Positions 25,204-25,205 of a stretch of DNA of 25,205 nucleotides are shown here, one piece after another. Location: positions 1-25,205 of IMG/VR virus record IMGVR_UViG_3300017912_002019. The stretch is one strand, 5' to 3'. Under the pieces are notes generated by a model. The model worked only from the letters and a program-made list of their open reading frames with translations. It was not told the origin of the DNA and did not search any database. Both the position numbers and the translations under genes were made by a program. Position 1 is the first letter of the stretch. The number at the start of each line of letters is the position of its first letter. Source of the stretch: a virus. Its lineage: Duplodnaviria > Caudoviricetes.

Positions 25204-25205
25204 AC

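Noticed and set aside
1-25205. tRNA, rRNA, integrase, transposase, intron or intein
   Set aside because: Intergenic gaps are under 100 bp with no cloverleaf seen, and no such motifs or interruptions were found in the polymerase, helicases or portal.

Overview
This is a 25 kb internal segment of a dsDNA tailed phage of roughly 50% GC, with podovirus-type (P22/T7-like) virion architecture. The host is most likely an actinobacterium; this is inferred from gene content and from Shine-Dalgarno (SD) and promoter style. Two arms converge on a hairpin at about 16.55 kb. The plus strand carries the portal C-terminus, a 63-aa helix-extension-helix-like protein, scaffold, major capsid, a collagen-containing fibre, an unknown 156-aa protein, adaptor and nozzle. 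It continues with four small TAATG-coupled proteins (one missing from the ORF track), two Ala/Gln-rich and one 1768-aa putative ejection proteins, an NlpC/P60 hydrolase and a small membrane protein. The minus strand, in transcription order, carries a partial SNF2-like helicase, HNH nuclease, oligoribonuclease-like DEDDh exonuclease, Cas4-like nuclease, Sak4-like ATPase, SSB, a primase and helicase split over two ORFs, a family A DNA polymerase, an unannotated 32-aa Cys/His microprotein and a RuvC-like resolvase. The most notable observations are five. (1) Consecutive small proteins share an A-R-x-[ND]-A-[LIM]-x-[RK]-R-[LIM] helix, a candidate capsid-loading or ejection tag. (2) The polymerase has a DIF plus Tyr762 fingers signature reminiscent of Pol theta/nu. 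(3) GATC appears to be completely absent. (4) A hairpin occludes the capsid SD. (5) A stacked palindrome/promoter/terminator follows the capsid gene. All function calls come from motifs read by eye and gene order; no searches were run.
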